Shown: in pieces, positions 13,102 through 21,385 of the stretch
How the letters are laid out: every line of letters starts with the position of its first letter
Position numbering within the stretch: position 1 is the first letter of the stretch
NCBI RefSeq assembly: GCF_014109725.1
Contig: NZ_CP058554.1
Span: 4,879,801 to 4,911,800 of the forward strand
Source: Comamonas piscis
Lineage (GTDB): Bacteria > Pseudomonadota > Gammaproteobacteria > Burkholderiales > Burkholderiaceae_C
Direction of reading: 5' to 3'
DNA: 32,000 bases
The notes under the pieces: generated by a model
Told to the model about the DNA's origin: nothing
Seen by the model: the letters and a program-made list of their open reading frames with translations, nothing else
The model's database searches: none
Position numbers and translations under genes: made by a program

Positions 13102-13410
13102 TTACGCCGTCGGCACCAGCGGCCGGCCATTGCTGCCCAGGCCTGCGCGGCCGAGCGCCTGCAACCAGATCTGCTGGCGCTCTGCCGTTTCGGCCTTGGA
13201 CCAGGCACGGATTTCGTCAATCGAGCGGTAGCAGCCAATGCAGTGGCTGCGGTCCGCATTCATCTTGCACAGCGACACGCAGGGCGAGGGCACCACATCA
13301 GCGTAATCGGCAGCAAAAGCGCCGGTGACGCGTACCTGCTTGGTGCGGGCCGCCAGCGGCGCGGGCGATGCCACAGGCAATTCCACAGGTTTATCCACTT
13401 GCTCGCTCAT
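13102..13410 (-). CDS. DUF1289 domain protein (four-Cys, putative Fe-S or metal-binding)
   Basis: SPCVSLCKMNADRSHCIGCYRSIDEIRAWS matches the DUF1289 Cys pattern. The ATG at 13410 is preceded by AAGGAGG and overlaps the upstream YbaK-like stop (ATGA). The track start at 13512 is unlikely. Confidence 0.8.
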   Translation of the reverse strand: MSEQVDKPVELPVASPAPLAARTKQVRVTGAFAADYADVVPSPCVSLCKMNADRSHCIGCYRSIDEIRAWSKAETAERQQIWLQALGRAGLGSNGRPLVPTA

Positions 13411-13907
13411 GCCACCTCCTTGACCACATCGGCCACCGGCGCACCGGTCAGCGCTTCCAGATCGGCGGGCGCCAGCGCAAACACGCCATTCGGGTGGCCT
13501 GCTGCGGCCCAAATCTGTTCAAAGCGGAACAGCTCGCGGTCGATCAAGGTAACAGGCTTGGTCACATGGCCGACGGGTGACACACCGCCAATCGCAAAGC
13601 CGGTGCGGGCTTTGACAAAATCGGCGTCTGCGCGGCCCACCGGGCCGACCAGCGCAGCCACCTTGGCCTCGTCCACGCGGCAGTCGCCCGAGGTGATGAC
13701 CAGCACGCAGGCGTCGTCAAGCTTGCGGCGAAAAATAATGCTCTTGGCAATCTGGCCCAGCGCAATGCCGAGCGCGTCAGCAGCCTCTTGGGCCGTGCGC
13801 GCTGATACCTCCAGCATCTGCGGCCCATGCGGATGGCCCCTGTCCTGCAGCACCCTGGCTACCCGCTGCACCCCTTCGGGCAGGCTCAGCAACTCCGCTC
13901 CACACAT
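13407..13907 (-). CDS. YbaK/EbsC-family aminoacyl-tRNA trans-editing (deacylase) domain protein
   Basis: 166 aa. SARTAQEAADALG...IAKSIIF...VLVITSGDCRVD...GFAIGGVSPVGH is typical of the YbaK/ProX fold. AGGAG SD upstream. Confidence 0.85.
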   Translation of the reverse strand: MCGAELLSLPEGVQRVARVLQDRGHPHGPQMLEVSARTAQEAADALGIALGQIAKSIIFRRKLDDACVLVITSGDCRVDEAKVAALVGPVGRADADFVKARTGFAIGGVSPVGHVTKPVTLIDRELFRFEQIWAAAGHPNGVFALAPADLEALTGAPVADVVKEVA

Positions 13908-13993
13908 GGTTTGACTCCTGGTTAAGCCGTGATTGTGCCGACTTGCGCCTGCGGCTGCAGCACACCGGGCATTCGCAACCCCGCCTCGGCCCC

Positions 13994-14905
13994 TCAGCCC
14001 GCGCGCTTGTTCATCAGCGCCACGGCCACCCGCGAGTTGGGCTTGCGCTGCAAAAAGTCGCTGATGTAGAGGCCCGCATCGACGAGCTTGTCCAGGTCAA
14101 TGCCGGTCTCGATGCCCATGCCCTGCAGCATGTAGACCAGGTCTTCGGTGGCGACATTGCCAGTCGCGCCCTTGGCATAGGGGCAACCGCCCAGGCCGGC
14201 GATGGAGGACTGGAAGTTCCAGATGCCCATCTCCAGCGACGCAAGCGTATTAGGCAGCGCCTGGCCATAGGTGTCGTGGAAATGGCCGCTCACCTGGTCC
14301 ACACCAAAGTACTGCAAGGTGGCTTCCAGCGCCTTTTGCACCTTGATCGGCGTGCCCACGCCAATGGTGTCGGCCACATCGACGCGCTCCACGCCAATGC
14401 CCTTCATCAACTCGGCCAGGTAGGCCACGCGCGATGGTGCAATCTCGCCTTCGTAGGGGCAGCCCACGGTGCAGCTCATCGCACCGCGCACGGCAATACC
14501 AGCGGCCTTGGCCGCAGCCACCACCGGTGCAAAGCGCTCGATGCTCTCGGCAATCGAGCAGTTGATATTGCGCTGGCTGAAGGCCTCGCTGGCCGCGCCA
14601 AACACCACGATCTCATCGGGCTGGGAGGCCACGGCCGCTTCATAGCCCTTCATGTTTGGCGTCAGCACCGAATAGCGCACACCGGCCTTGCGTGCCAGCC
14701 CCGCCATCACCTCGGCGTTGTCGCCCATCTGAGGCACCCACTTGGGGCTGACAAAGCTGGTCACCTCGATCTCGGTCAGGCCCGCATCCTGCAGGCGATG
14801 CGTCAGCTCGATCTTCACAGCGGCTGGCACCGGCGATTTCTCGTTCTGCAGGCCGTCACGCGGGCCGACATCAATCAATTGAACGCGTTGGGGGTAGCGG
14901 GCCAT
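13994..14905 (-). CDS. liuE: Hydroxymethylglutaryl-CoA lyase
   Basis: VQLIDVGPRDGLQNEK...EVTSFVSPKWVPQM...GCPYAKGATGNVATEDLVYML are canonical HMG-CoA lyase motifs. It sits in a liu-type cluster. Confidence 0.93.
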   Translation of the reverse strand: MARYPQRVQLIDVGPRDGLQNEKSPVPAAVKIELTHRLQDAGLTEIEVTSFVSPKWVPQMGDNAEVMAGLARKAGVRYSVLTPNMKGYEAAVASQPDEIVVFGAASEAFSQRNINCSIAESIERFAPVVAAAKAAGIAVRGAMSCTVGCPYEGEIAPSRVAYLAELMKGIGVERVDVADTIGVGTPIKVQKALEATLQYFGVDQVSGHFHDTYGQALPNTLASLEMGIWNFQSSIAGLGGCPYAKGATGNVATEDLVYMLQGMGIETGIDLDKLVDAGLYISDFLQRKPNSRVAVALMNKRAG

Positions 14906-14961
14906 GGGGGGTCTCCTGGGGGTTTTTCTGGGGTTTTTTGGGGTTAAACGGGGGGGCGGAT
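14906..14961. repeat. Regular G-run/T-tract array filling the ghrA-like/liuE spacer (five G4-7 runs, loops 6-7 nt). Reads as a C-tract/A-tract array on the mRNA strand.
   Basis: Plus strand: GGGGGG tctcct GGGGG tttttct GGGG tttttt GGGG ttaaac GGGGGGG. G-runs at 14906-11, 14918-22, 14930-33, 14940-43 and 14950-56. Confidence 0.6.
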
Positions 14962-15885
14962 TCAGTATCCGCGATCGGCATAGACCATGCCGCCGGGCGT
15001 CTCACCTGCGGCAAAGGCCTGGAGCTTGTGCAGGATCTGCAGCAAGGTCTCTTCGGGCAAGGTGCGGGCAGAGCTGTGCGGCGTGATGCGAATGTTGGGG
15101 TGCTGCCAAAACGGGTGCTCGGCAGGCAATGGCTCAGTGCGGAACACATCCAAGGTGGCACCTGCGACCTGGCCACTGTCCAGCGCCGCCAGCAGCGCCT
15201 CGTCCACCAGGTGCGCGCCGCGCGCCACATTGATCACATAGGCGCCCGGCTGCAGTTGCGCCAACAGGCCGGCGTCGATGATGTTCTCAGTCTGTGGCGT
15301 CAGGGGCAGCAGGTTGACGAGGATGCGCGTGGCGCGCAAAAACTGCGGCAGCTGCGCCATGCCCTCATAGCACTGCACGCCGTCGATCTGCTTGGGCGAG
15401 CGGCTCCAGCCGCGCACCGGAAAATCAAACTGCGCCACCGCCTGGGCCACGCGCTCGCCCAGCACACCCAAGCCCATCACGCCGACCGGAAAGTCGCTGC
15501 GCAAACGCAGGGGCTGCTGAGCCCAAACGCCCTGGCTTTGCTGGCCACGGTAAGTTGCCAGATCCCGAAAATGGTCGATGACCGCATGGCAGACATACTC
15601 GGCCATCTGCACGGCCATGCCGGCGTCTTCCAAGCGCAGCACCGGCACACCGGGTGGCAGCTGGCGCGCAAACAGCGCATCCACCCCGGCGCCCATGTTG
15701 AAGATAGCCTTGAGGCCAGCGCCCTGCTCGTCCAACAGCTGCTGCGGTGGCTTCCAGACCAGCGCGTAATCGGCCTGCGCCATGCCGGGCGTCCAGCCAT
15801 GGGCCTCGGCCTGGGGGAGGTGCAGGTGGATGGCATCCAGCCACTGCTGCAGCTCATCGCTTTCGGTATAGACGAGAATTTTCAT
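14962..15885 (-). CDS. ghrA: Glyoxylate/hydroxypyruvate reductase A-like D-2-hydroxyacid dehydrogenase
   Basis: 307 aa, colinear with E. coli GhrA (YcdW): ADYALVWKPP, GAGVD, LRLEDAGM, GVMGLGVLG NAD-binding loop, LLPLTPQTENII, LDVFRTEPLPAEHPFWQHPNIRITPH, ending DRGY. Confidence 0.85.
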   Translation of the reverse strand: MKILVYTESDELQQWLDAIHLHLPQAEAHGWTPGMAQADYALVWKPPQQLLDEQGAGLKAIFNMGAGVDALFARQLPPGVPVLRLEDAGMAVQMAEYVCHAVIDHFRDLATYRGQQSQGVWAQQPLRLRSDFPVGVMGLGVLGERVAQAVAQFDFPVRGWSRSPKQIDGVQCYEGMAQLPQFLRATRILVNLLPLTPQTENIIDAGLLAQLQPGAYVINVARGAHLVDEALLAALDSGQVAGATLDVFRTEPLPAEHPFWQHPNIRITPHSSARTLPEETLLQILHKLQAFAAGETPGGMVYADRGY

Positions 15886-15902
15886 GGCCGGGATTTCAGC
15901 AC

Positions 15903-15941
15903 AGAAAAGGGCGCTGCGCGGTCACAGACAGCGCAGCGCCC
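15903..15941 (-). terminator. Rho-independent terminator immediately after liuD
   Basis: 11-bp perfect stem GGGCGCTGCGC/GCGCAGCGCCC with an 11-nt loop, followed on the minus strand by TTTTCTGTG. It begins 5 nt after the liuD stop. Confidence 0.7.
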
Positions 15942-15945
15942 GGCT

Positions 15946-17955
15946 TCATGCAGCAGCAACCTGCAGCTTGAGCAGCTCCGAGCCTTCGGTCACCTGGTCA
16001 CCAGGCGCAAACAGCAGCTCCAGCACCTCGCCATCGGCCGGGGCGGCAATCGTGTGCTCCATCTTCATGGCTTCCATCACCGCCAGCGGCTGGCCCTTGC
16101 TGACCTTGTCGCCGGCCTTCACTGCAAACGACACCACCTTGCCCGGCATCGGCGCGGTCAAACGCCCGCCTTCGCTGCCCGCCTCACCGGCATGGGCCAG
16201 CGCATCAAAGGCGGTGATCTCGGCGGCGCCGCGCGGCGCAAACACATGCACCACCTCGCCCTGCTGCCAGGTCTGCACCTGGTCGCGCTGGCCGTTGAAC
16301 TGCAGCTCCACCAGCTCGCCGTTGGGGCTGAACTGCAGCGGGCCAGTGGCGTCGCCCACCGTCAGCACCAGGCCACCCGCCTCATAGCGCAGCGCGGCCT
16401 GCAGCTTGTCGCCGCCAAACTCAAAGTCAAAGCGGCGCTCGGTCACGCCATGCGATTGCCAGCCATCGCGGCGGCTGAAGGGGTCGTTGGTCTGGGTAGC
16501 GCGCTCCTGCAGCAGCTCAGCCACCACGGCGGCGGCAGCAGCAGTATCGGCGCCCAGGCCACGCTGTTTGAAGAGCAGTGCCTCCTCACGCTGAATCAGC
16601 GCCGTATCGAGCTTGGCCTGGCCAAACGACGGCGTGGCCAGGATATGGCGCAGAAACTGCACATTGGTCTGCAGGCCAACGATGCGCACCGCAGCCAGTG
16701 CCGCATCCAGCCGCGCCAGCGCCTGGGCGCGGTCGGCGCCATGGACGATGAGCTTGGCGATCATGCTGTCGTAGAAAGGGCTGATGGCATCGCCTTCGCG
16801 CACGCCATCGTCAATGCGCACATCGCTGATGGCAAAACTGCTGCAATCAGGCTTACGGTAAACATGCAAGGTGCCGGTGGCAGGCAGGAAGTTGTTGTCC
16901 GGGTTCTCGGCGCAAATACGCGCTTCGATCGCGTGGCCGTTGATCTTCAGCTCGGCCTGCTGCTTGGGCAGCGGCTGGCCATTGGCCACCTGCAGTTGCC
17001 ACTGCACCAGGTCCTCGCCGGTGATGGCCTCGGTCACCGGATGCTCGACCTGCAGGCGCGTGTTCATTTCCATGAAGTAGAACTTCATCGCCTCGGGCTG
17101 GTCGTAGCCGCCGGGCTGCTCGACGATGAATTCCACCGTGCCCGCACCCACATAGCCCACGGCCTTGGCGGCGGCTACGGCGGCCTCGCCCATCTGCTGG
17201 CGCAGCGCGGGCGTCATGCCGGGGGCTGGTGCCTCTTCCAGCACCTTTTGGTGGCGGCGCTGCACCGAGCAATCGCGCTCAAACAGGTAGACGCAGTTGC
17301 CTTGCGTGTCGCCAAACACCTGGATCTCGATATGGCGGGGGCGCAGCACGTATTTTTCGATCAGCACCGCATCGTTGCTGAAGCTGTTGATGGCCTCGCG
17401 CTTACAGGATTCCAGCGCGGCCGCAAAGTCCTCACTCTTTTCCACCAGGCGCATGCCCTTGCCACCACCGCCGGCGCTGGCCTTGATCAGCACCGGGTAG
17501 CCGATACGGTCGGCCTCCGCGTGCAGCATGGCCGGGTCCTGGCCGGCGCCGTGGTAACCGGGCACCAGCGGCACGCCGGCTTTCTCCATCAGCTGCTTGG
17601 ATTCGGCCTTCAGGCCCATGGCACGGATAGCCTGGGCAGGCGGGCCAATGAACACCAGGCCGGCGGCTGCGCAAGCCACGGCAAAGTCTTCGTTCTCGCT
17701 CAGAAAGCCATAACCCGGGTGGATGGCCTGGGCACACGTGGCCTTGGCGGCCTCGATGATGCGTTCCCAGCGCAGGTAGCTGTCCTTGGGCGCGCTGCCG
17801 CCAATATGCACGGACTCGTCGCAGGCGCCCACATGCTTGGCATGGGCGTCGGCGTCGGAGTAGACGGCGACGGTCTTGACGCCCATGCGGCGGGCGGTAG
17901 CGGCAACACGGCAGGCAATTTCACCCCGGTTGGCGATCAAAATTTTCGAGAACAT
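15946..17955 (-). CDS. liuD: 3-methylcrotonyl-CoA carboxylase alpha subunit (biotin carboxylase plus biotinyl carrier domain)
   Basis: MFSKILIANRGEIACRV biotin-carboxylase N-terminus, ATP-grasp motifs, C-terminal EAMKMEH biotinylation site. GAGGAG SD. Confidence 0.93.
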   Translation of the reverse strand: MFSKILIANRGEIACRVAATARRMGVKTVAVYSDADAHAKHVGACDESVHIGGSAPKDSYLRWERIIEAAKATCAQAIHPGYGFLSENEDFAVACAAAGLVFIGPPAQAIRAMGLKAESKQLMEKAGVPLVPGYHGAGQDPAMLHAEADRIGYPVLIKASAGGGGKGMRLVEKSEDFAAALESCKREAINSFSNDAVLIEKYVLRPRHIEIQVFGDTQGNCVYLFERDCSVQRRHQKVLEEAPAPGMTPALRQQMGEAAVAAAKAVGYVGAGTVEFIVEQPGGYDQPEAMKFYFMEMNTRLQVEHPVTEAITGEDLVQWQLQVANGQPLPKQQAELKINGHAIEARICAENPDNNFLPATGTLHVYRKPDCSSFAISDVRIDDGVREGDAISPFYDSMIAKLIVHGADRAQALARLDAALAAVRIVGLQTNVQFLRHILATPSFGQAKLDTALIQREEALLFKQRGLGADTAAAAAVVAELLQERATQTNDPFSRRDGWQSHGVTERRFDFEFGGDKLQAALRYEAGGLVLTVGDATGPLQFSPNGELVELQFNGQRDQVQTWQQGEVVHVFAPRGAAEITAFDALAHAGEAGSEGGRLTAPMPGKVVSFAVKAGDKVSKGQPLAVMEAMKMEHTIAAPADGEVLELLFAPGDQVTEGSELLKLQVAAA

Positions 17956-18011
17956 AGAACAATCTCCTCAGTCTTTATCCCTGACCCCGGCCCGCCTTCG
18001 CAAGCCCTCGG

Positions 18012-18791
18012 TCAATATCGTTGGTGGTCCGCGCCCGTGGCGGCCAAGGCCACCGGCTCTTCATGGCCCAGCCACCGGCGAATCCGGCGCACTACGGCCC
18101 GCAAAAATTTCCACAACACCCAGGTCATCACCCACATCAGCACCAGCACCACAGCCAGCGCTATCGCAAACACCAGCGGGTGGTTGATCGCCAGCCACAC
18201 CGCACCGATCGAGACCCCATCCTCCAGCAGGCTCGCACCCCAGTTGGAGAACGGCTCCGGGCTGGTGTTGATCGCCGCCCGCGTGGTCGTCTTGGCCACT
18301 TGGCTGCTCAGCGCCAGGGTGCCGCCCATCAGCGCAGCGGCGGTGGCCATCGTCGCGTTGTCAGTGCCAAACACGCTGGCCGCCAAGGCCGCGCCTGCCG
18401 GCACCCGCACCACGCTTTGCACCACATCCCAGGCCGAGTCCACGCCAGGAATCTTGTCGGCAAAGAACTCGACAAACAGCAGCGCACCGCTGATGAACAG
18501 GATCACCGGCTGCTGCAACACTGACAGCCCACCGGGCAAGTGCAACACGTCCGTGGCGCCCAGCATGCCCGTCACAAACACCACCGCGTAGAGCCGAAAG
18601 CCACTGGCCCAGCCCAGCGCAGCCGCCAGCGCCATCAGCTGGCCCCAGTCCCACTGCGCCATGGCCTGGCCCATCTGGCCTGCTGCCTGGCCGACCTGGT
18701 CGGCCGCCTGCCCCACCGTTTGGGCGGTGTCCTTGTCCAGATGCAGGCCGATGCCGTGCAACCAGATGACGATGGTGTTCCAGATATCCAT
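18012..18791 (-). CDS. DUF4126 family integral membrane protein
   Basis: The FVEFFADKIPGVDSAWDVVQSVVRVPAGA motif and multiple TM helices are typical of DUF4126. The start at 18791 is supported by a GAGGAG SD. About 50 aa of N-terminal extension carries GQAA-type repeats. Confidence 0.8.
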   Translation of the reverse strand: MDIWNTIVIWLHGIGLHLDKDTAQTVGQAADQVGQAAGQMGQAMAQWDWGQLMALAAALGWASGFRLYAVVFVTGMLGATDVLHLPGGLSVLQQPVILFISGALLFVEFFADKIPGVDSAWDVVQSVVRVPAGAALAASVFGTDNATMATAAALMGGTLALSSQVAKTTTRAAINTSPEPFSNWGASLLEDGVSIGAVWLAINHPLVFAIALAVVLVLMWVMTWVLWKFLRAVVRRIRRWLGHEEPVALAATGADHQRY

Positions 18792-18883
18792 GGGGGTGCT
18801 CCTCAGTGCCAGTCAGCAAACGCGCTGTTTATAGCGCCATTGCCTGCTTGCTGTCTGCCATCCAAGGCCGCGTTCTAGGTACA

Positions 18884-19672
18884 TCAGCCTCCCAGCCAGC
18901 TGGGTTTGCGTTTGTTCAAGAATGCCTGCACGCCTTCCTTGCCTTCGGCGCTGGAGCGGATGTCGGCAATGCCGGCCACCGTCTCGGCGATCAAGGCCTC
19001 GTCCACCTCGCGGCCGGCCACATCGATCACCAGCTTCTTGCAGGCCTGCACTGCGGCCGGGCTGGCGCTCAGCAGGTGCTTGAGCAGGCCGTCCACGGCG
19101 CTGTCCAGCGCCTCGGCCTCCACCACCTGGTGGACAAAGCCGGTGCGCAGCGCTTCGGCGGCGTCAAAGCGCTCGCCGGTCAAAAAGTAGCGGTGCGCGG
19201 CACGTGCGCCCATCGCGCGGATCACATAGGGGCTGATGGTGGCGGGGATCAGGCCGATCTTCACCTCGCTGAGGCAAAAACCGGCCTGGCTGGCCGCCAC
19301 CGCCATGTCGCAGCAGGCCACCAGGCCCATGCCACCGGCGTAGACATCGCCCTGCACCCGCGCGATGGTGGGCTTGGGGCAGGTGTAGATCACGCGCAGC
19401 ATCTCGGCGAGCTTGCCGGCATCGACCAGGTTTTCCTCGCGGCTGTAGTCGGCCATTGCGCGCATCCAGTTCAGGTTGGCGCCAGCGCAAAAGGCCGGGC
19501 CTTCGGCAGCCAGCACCACGGCGCGGACCTGGTCCTGCGCACCCACCCAGGTAAAGGCGCGGGTGATGTCGGCAATCACCTCGTCGCTGAAGGCATTGCG
19601 CACGTCTGGCTGGGTCAGCGTGATGGTGGCCACCGGGCCGGTGGCTTCAACGGTCAGAAATGTGCTTTTCAT
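18884..19672 (-). CDS. liuC: Enoyl-CoA hydratase family, methylglutaconyl-CoA hydratase by context
   Basis: 262-aa crotonase fold (RNAFS..., FCAGANL, GGMGLVACCD). It is located between liuB and liuD. Confidence 0.85.
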   Translation of the reverse strand: MKSTFLTVEATGPVATITLTQPDVRNAFSDEVIADITRAFTWVGAQDQVRAVVLAAEGPAFCAGANLNWMRAMADYSREENLVDAGKLAEMLRVIYTCPKPTIARVQGDVYAGGMGLVACCDMAVAASQAGFCLSEVKIGLIPATISPYVIRAMGARAAHRYFLTGERFDAAEALRTGFVHQVVEAEALDSAVDGLLKHLLSASPAAVQACKKLVIDVAGREVDEALIAETVAGIADIRSSAEGKEGVQAFLNKRKPSWLGG

Positions 19673-19695
19673 GGTGTCCTCTCTGTCTCAGGGCC

Positions 19696-21303
19696 TTACA
19701 TGCGGAAGACGCCAAACTTGGTGTCCTCGATCGGTGCATTGCGCGTGGCTGCCAGGCCCAGCGCCAGCACGCGGCGGGTGTCGGCCGGGTCGATGACGCC
19801 GTCATCCCACAGCCGCGCCGAGGCGTAGTAAGGGTGGCCCTGGTCTTCGTACTGCTGGCGGATGGGCGCCTTGAAGGCCTCTTCCTCCTCCGCCGTCCAG
19901 GCGCCGCCCCGGCCTTCGATGCCATCGCGCTTGACCGTCGCCAGCACGCTGGCCGCCTGCTCGCCGCCCATCACGCTGATGCGCGCGTTCGGCCACATCC
20001 ACAGGAAGCGGGGGCTGTAGGCCCGGCCGCACATGCCGTAGTTGCCAGCGCCAAAGCTGCCGCCGATGATGATGGTGAACTTGGGCACGCTGGCCGTCGC
20101 CACTGCCGTTACCAGCTTGGCGCCGTGGCGGGCAATGCCCTCGTTCTCGTACTTGCGGCCGACCATGAAGCCGGTGATGTTCTGCAGGAACACCAGCGGA
20201 ATCTTGCGCTGGCAGCACAGCTCGATAAAGTGCGCGCCCTTGACGGCCGACTCGCTGAACAAAATGCCGTTGTTGGCGATGATGCCCACCTCCATGCCCT
20301 CGACCCGCGCAAAACCGCAGACCAGCGTAGCGCCAAAGCGGGCCTTGAACTCGTCGAAATCACTGCCATCAACAATGCGGGCGATGATTTCGCGCACATC
20401 AAAGGGCTTGCGGGTATCGACCGGGATCACGCCATACAGCTCTTCCGTGGGGTAACCGGGCGCCTGCGGTGCCTTGTCCGCCGCATTGGGCTGCTTGGCC
20501 TTGTTCAGGTGGCTCACGGCCTTGCGGGCCAGCGCCAGCGCATGGGTGTCGTTGTCGGCCAGGTGGTCGGCCACGCCGGACAGGCGGGTGTGCACATCGC
20601 CGCCGCCCAGGTCTTCGGCGCTCACTACTTCGCCGGTCGCGGCCTTCACCAGCGGTGGGCCACCCAAAAAGATCGTTCCCTGGTTCTTGACGATGATGGA
20701 CTCGTCGCTCATCGCGGGCACATAGGCGCCGCCGGCGGTGCAGGAGCCCATGACCACGGCGATCTGCGCAATGCCCTGAGCCGACATATTGGCCTGGTTG
20801 TAGAAGATGCGGCCAAAGTGCTCGCGGTCGGGGAAGACCTCGTCCTGGTTGGGCAGGTTGGCGCCGCCCGAGTCGACCAGGTAGATGCAGGGCAGGCGGT
20901 TTTGCGCGGCCACTTCCTGGGCGCGCAAATGTTTCTTTACCGTCATCGGGTAGTAGGTGCCGCCTTTGACCGTGGCATCATTGCAGACGATCATGCAGTC
21001 CACCCCACTGACGCGGCCCACGCCGACGATCAGGCCCGCGCCAGGCGCATCGTTGTTGTACATGTTCAGCGCAGCCAGCGGCGCCAGCTCCAGAAACGGC
21101 GTGCCCGGGTCCAGCAGCATCTGCACGCGGTCACGCGGCAGCAGCTTGCCACGGCCCAGGTGCTTGGCGCGTGCGGCTTCACCCCCGCCCTGCGCCACCT
21201 TGGCGGACTGGGCCCGCAAGTCCTCCACAATGCTGCGCATGGCTTGCGCATTGGTCTGAAAGTCTGCCGAACGGGCATTCAGCTGGGTTGCGAGTTTGCT
21301 CAT
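19696..21303 (-). CDS. liuB: 3-methylcrotonyl-CoA carboxylase beta subunit (carboxyltransferase)
   Basis: 535 aa from [16 protein letters not shown]...; [19 protein letters not shown] and C-terminal FGVFRM are typical of MCCase beta. I prefer the ATG at 21303 (GAAGAGGA SD) over the track start at 21318. Confidence 0.93.
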   Translation of the reverse strand: MSKLATQLNARSADFQTNAQAMRSIVEDLRAQSAKVAQGGGEAARAKHLGRGKLLPRDRVQMLLDPGTPFLELAPLAALNMYNNDAPGAGLIVGVGRVSGVDCMIVCNDATVKGGTYYPMTVKKHLRAQEVAAQNRLPCIYLVDSGGANLPNQDEVFPDREHFGRIFYNQANMSAQGIAQIAVVMGSCTAGGAYVPAMSDESIIVKNQGTIFLGGPPLVKAATGEVVSAEDLGGGDVHTRLSGVADHLADNDTHALALARKAVSHLNKAKQPNAADKAPQAPGYPTEELYGVIPVDTRKPFDVREIIARIVDGSDFDEFKARFGATLVCGFARVEGMEVGIIANNGILFSESAVKGAHFIELCCQRKIPLVFLQNITGFMVGRKYENEGIARHGAKLVTAVATASVPKFTIIIGGSFGAGNYGMCGRAYSPRFLWMWPNARISVMGGEQAASVLATVKRDGIEGRGGAWTAEEEEAFKAPIRQQYEDQGHPYYASARLWDDGVIDPADTRRVLALGLAATRNAPIEDTKFGVFRM

Positions 21304-21385
21304 GCTTGTCCTCTTCAATGTTCTAGCGTTCCGTTCAGAAACGCGTTTTCTTTAAAAATAGTCTGCTGCTACACGAATCCGCACC

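Noticed and set aside
14938-18591. 1217-aa plus-strand ORF spanning several genes
   Set aside because: It is antisense to the ghrA-like gene, liuD and DUF4126 and runs straight through their intergenic spacers. It has no motifs and biased composition. It is an artefact of GC3-rich antisense frames.
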